From positions 1-64,000 of the forward strand of contig JAVECL010000045.1 of NCBI GenBank assembly GCA_051942245.1: a stretch of 64,000 bases of DNA. Reading direction: 5' to 3'. Under the pieces are notes generated by a model. That model saw only the letters and a list, made by a program, of their open reading frames with translations, was not told the DNA's origin and did not search any database. Of this stretch, positions 62,371 through 64,000 are shown piece by piece (position 1 is the stretch's first letter; every line of letters starts with the position of its first letter). The position numbers were made by a program, and so were the translations under genes. Source of the DNA: Trypethelium eluteriae. Its lineage: Eukaryota.

Positions 62371-62743
62371 GCGCGTCTTGATAGGCGTTCTTGGGTTCCG
62401 GATGGGAAAGGGATGCGTGCTTGTGGGATTGTAGGGATATGCTGGCGGCGCGGTATGGGTCCTTGCCTTGGGTTGAGCAGTAGTGGATTTCGGGGTCGCC
62501 ATCTGGGCTATATGTGGTGGTTTATACCTCGTTCGTTAGGCTTGGACGGCTGTTGAGTTTTGTTTTCCTCTTTGCCTTTGCCTTCGGGGCGGATGTTACG
62601 GCTGTGATGCGTCTCCCAAGCATATATGTGATACCCGTAGTAATGATGACCATCAATCAACTCGTGACGGTCTGACGAATGCTTTCAGAGCAAATTTCCC
62701 GACTGCCTTTGACATGTAATGGCGATCTTCATTGAAAACCTGG

Positions 62744-64000
62744 TCATCGCTTCATTGATGAAAAATCCAGCTTCCTCGCAACCTTGTCACTCCTGCCCTC
62801 CGGTAGCTCTCCTCCTCTCCTCTTTAGCTCCTCCGCCATTTTCTTTTCACCACCACCCTTCTTGGGTAGATTCTCTTTTTTGGTCGGCTTCGGCTCGGCA
62901 GACCACCATTCATGCTGAAGGATTTGCTTCGCAGTCACCCTCTTCCTCGGATCTAACACGAGCATCTTCATCAATAGGTCCACACCCATTGGTCCCGCCG
63001 TTCCGAAGAGCCCCAGAAAGTAGTTTCGGTCTCTTACCGGGACGATGTTTTTCTTCTCCACCGGGACATAATCCGGCAGCTTCGAAACGCCGGGCCAATT
63101 CTCCTCCGTCGGCGTCCCCAACGCCTGCCCAATCAAATGAACCTGATCCAGCTCCGTCTGGCCCGCCATAAACGGTGTCCTCAGTATCAGCTCGGCAAAC
63201 ACCGTTCCCATACTCCACACATCGACCGCGCCCCCATAATGCCGTGCGCCGTAGAACAGCTCGGGGGGGCGATACCAGCGCGTGATGACCTGATGCGACA
63301 TCGGCATCGCGGGATCAGCAAAACCCCTCGCCAACCCAAAATCAGCAAGCTTGACCTCCCCGTCGGCGGCGATTAGCAGGTTGTTGGGCTTGATGTCGCG
63401 GTGGAGCACGAAGTTCGTGTGGCAGAACCAGACGGCGCGGCCTAGCATGCCCATCCAGGCCTTGATGTCCGCGACGCCGTAGGCGATGCGGGCGGTGTCC
63501 TTGATGAGCTGCTCGAGGTCGCCCAGGGGCAGGTATTCGAGGACGAGGTTGAGGTTCTGGTTCTTGGAGGAGAAGACGGTCTGGAGGGCGATGATGTTTG
63601 GATGGGAGAGCTCCTGCAGGAACTTGACTTCGCGGATGGCGTCCATGCTGAGGCCGTCTTTGAATTCGGTTTGGACTTTGATCTTCTTGATGGCGACGAG
63701 GGTGCTGGGGGAGGTGCGGTGGTGGCCGAGATAAACGATGGCGTAGGTGCCTTCGCCGAGTTTCTTGTCTGATAAGATGGTCAGTTGAAGAGCAGTTGAG
63801 AGATCGTAGGCTGAACGACCTTTGACGTATTTGCGCTTCTCATTCTCATTAAGTTGTTCTGCCATTTCGCTCGTTGAGTCCATCGTTTGCGGACTAGGCG
63901 GTGGTTTTGACTTGGGAGTTCCCTGAAGGATTGGAAGAGCTTTTGCTTTCGCCGCTTTCACCTCCGAGTTCGCTGCAGCCGCAGGTGGGCCTACAAGCGG
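62744..64000 (-). CDS. KIN28: TFIIH kinase Kin28/CDK7 (frame open to window end; intron 63819-63769)
   Basis: KKLGEGTYA, VAIKKIK, DGLSMDAIREVKFLQEL, HRDIKPNNLL, DFGLAR, T-loop MSHQVITRWYRPPE. First in-window ATG is 63883, but the frame stays open to 64000, so the start may be outside. Confidence 0.93.
   Translation of the reverse strand, partial: PLVGPPAAAANSEVKAAKAKALPILQGTPKSKPPPSPQTMDSTSEMAEQLNENEKRKYVKGRSAYDLSTALQLTILSDKKLGEGTYAIVYLGHHRTSPSTLVAIKKIKVQTEFKDGLSMDAIREVKFLQELSHPNIIALQTVFSSKNQNLNLVLEYLPLGDLEQLIKDTARIAYGVADIKAWMGMLGRAVWFCHTNFVLHRDIKPNNLLIAADGEVKLADFGLARGFADPAMPMSHQVITRWYRPPELFYGARHYGGAVDVWSMGTVFAELILRTPFMAGQTELDQVHLIGQALGTPTEENWPGVSKLPDYVPVEKKNIVPVRDRNYFLGLFGTAGPMGVDLLMKMLVLDPRKRVTAKQILQHEWWSAEPKPTKKENLPKKGGGEKKMAEELKRRGGELPEGRSDKVARKLDFSSMKR

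Overview
Eukaryotic genomic DNA from a filamentous ascomycete (Pezizomycotina-type gene content; short GT-AG introns with CTRAC branch points). I reconstructed exon structures by hand from splice signals and reading-frame continuity. Conserved genes: a partial GNAT acetyltransferase, glycogen debranching enzyme (GDB1), glycerol-3-phosphate dehydrogenase (GPD1), a GPI-anchored Cys-rich protein, two MFS transporters, a second GNAT, a 3-dehydroshikimate-dehydratase-like TIM-barrel enzyme divergent from a Phe-type DAHP synthase, a single-pass membrane protein, a HAD hydrolase, an LRR protein, a SAM methyltransferase, SEC72, the Seb1/MsnA C2H2 stress factor, DPH6, FYV4/mS41, a PTP-type phosphatase, an APH-like phosphotransferase, an Eis1-like eisosome protein and a partial KIN28/CDK7. 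Most notable: (1) an intron-containing IS630/Tc1 DD34E transposase gene with an intact triad, a ~100-aa insertion and no visible TIRs, a domestication candidate; (2) an APH-kinase gene sitting between ~225-bp direct repeats, whose ORF begins with a duplicated copy of the neighbouring phosphatase's upstream region and start codons, with RIP-like transitions; (3) two orphan two-exon genes in a gene-poor block sharing three colinear protein motifs; (4) a box C/D snoRNA with an rRNA-complementary guide in an apparent spliced non-coding host; (5) a strong stem structure just upstream of the methyltransferase ATG. All assignments come from reading the sequence; no searches were run.
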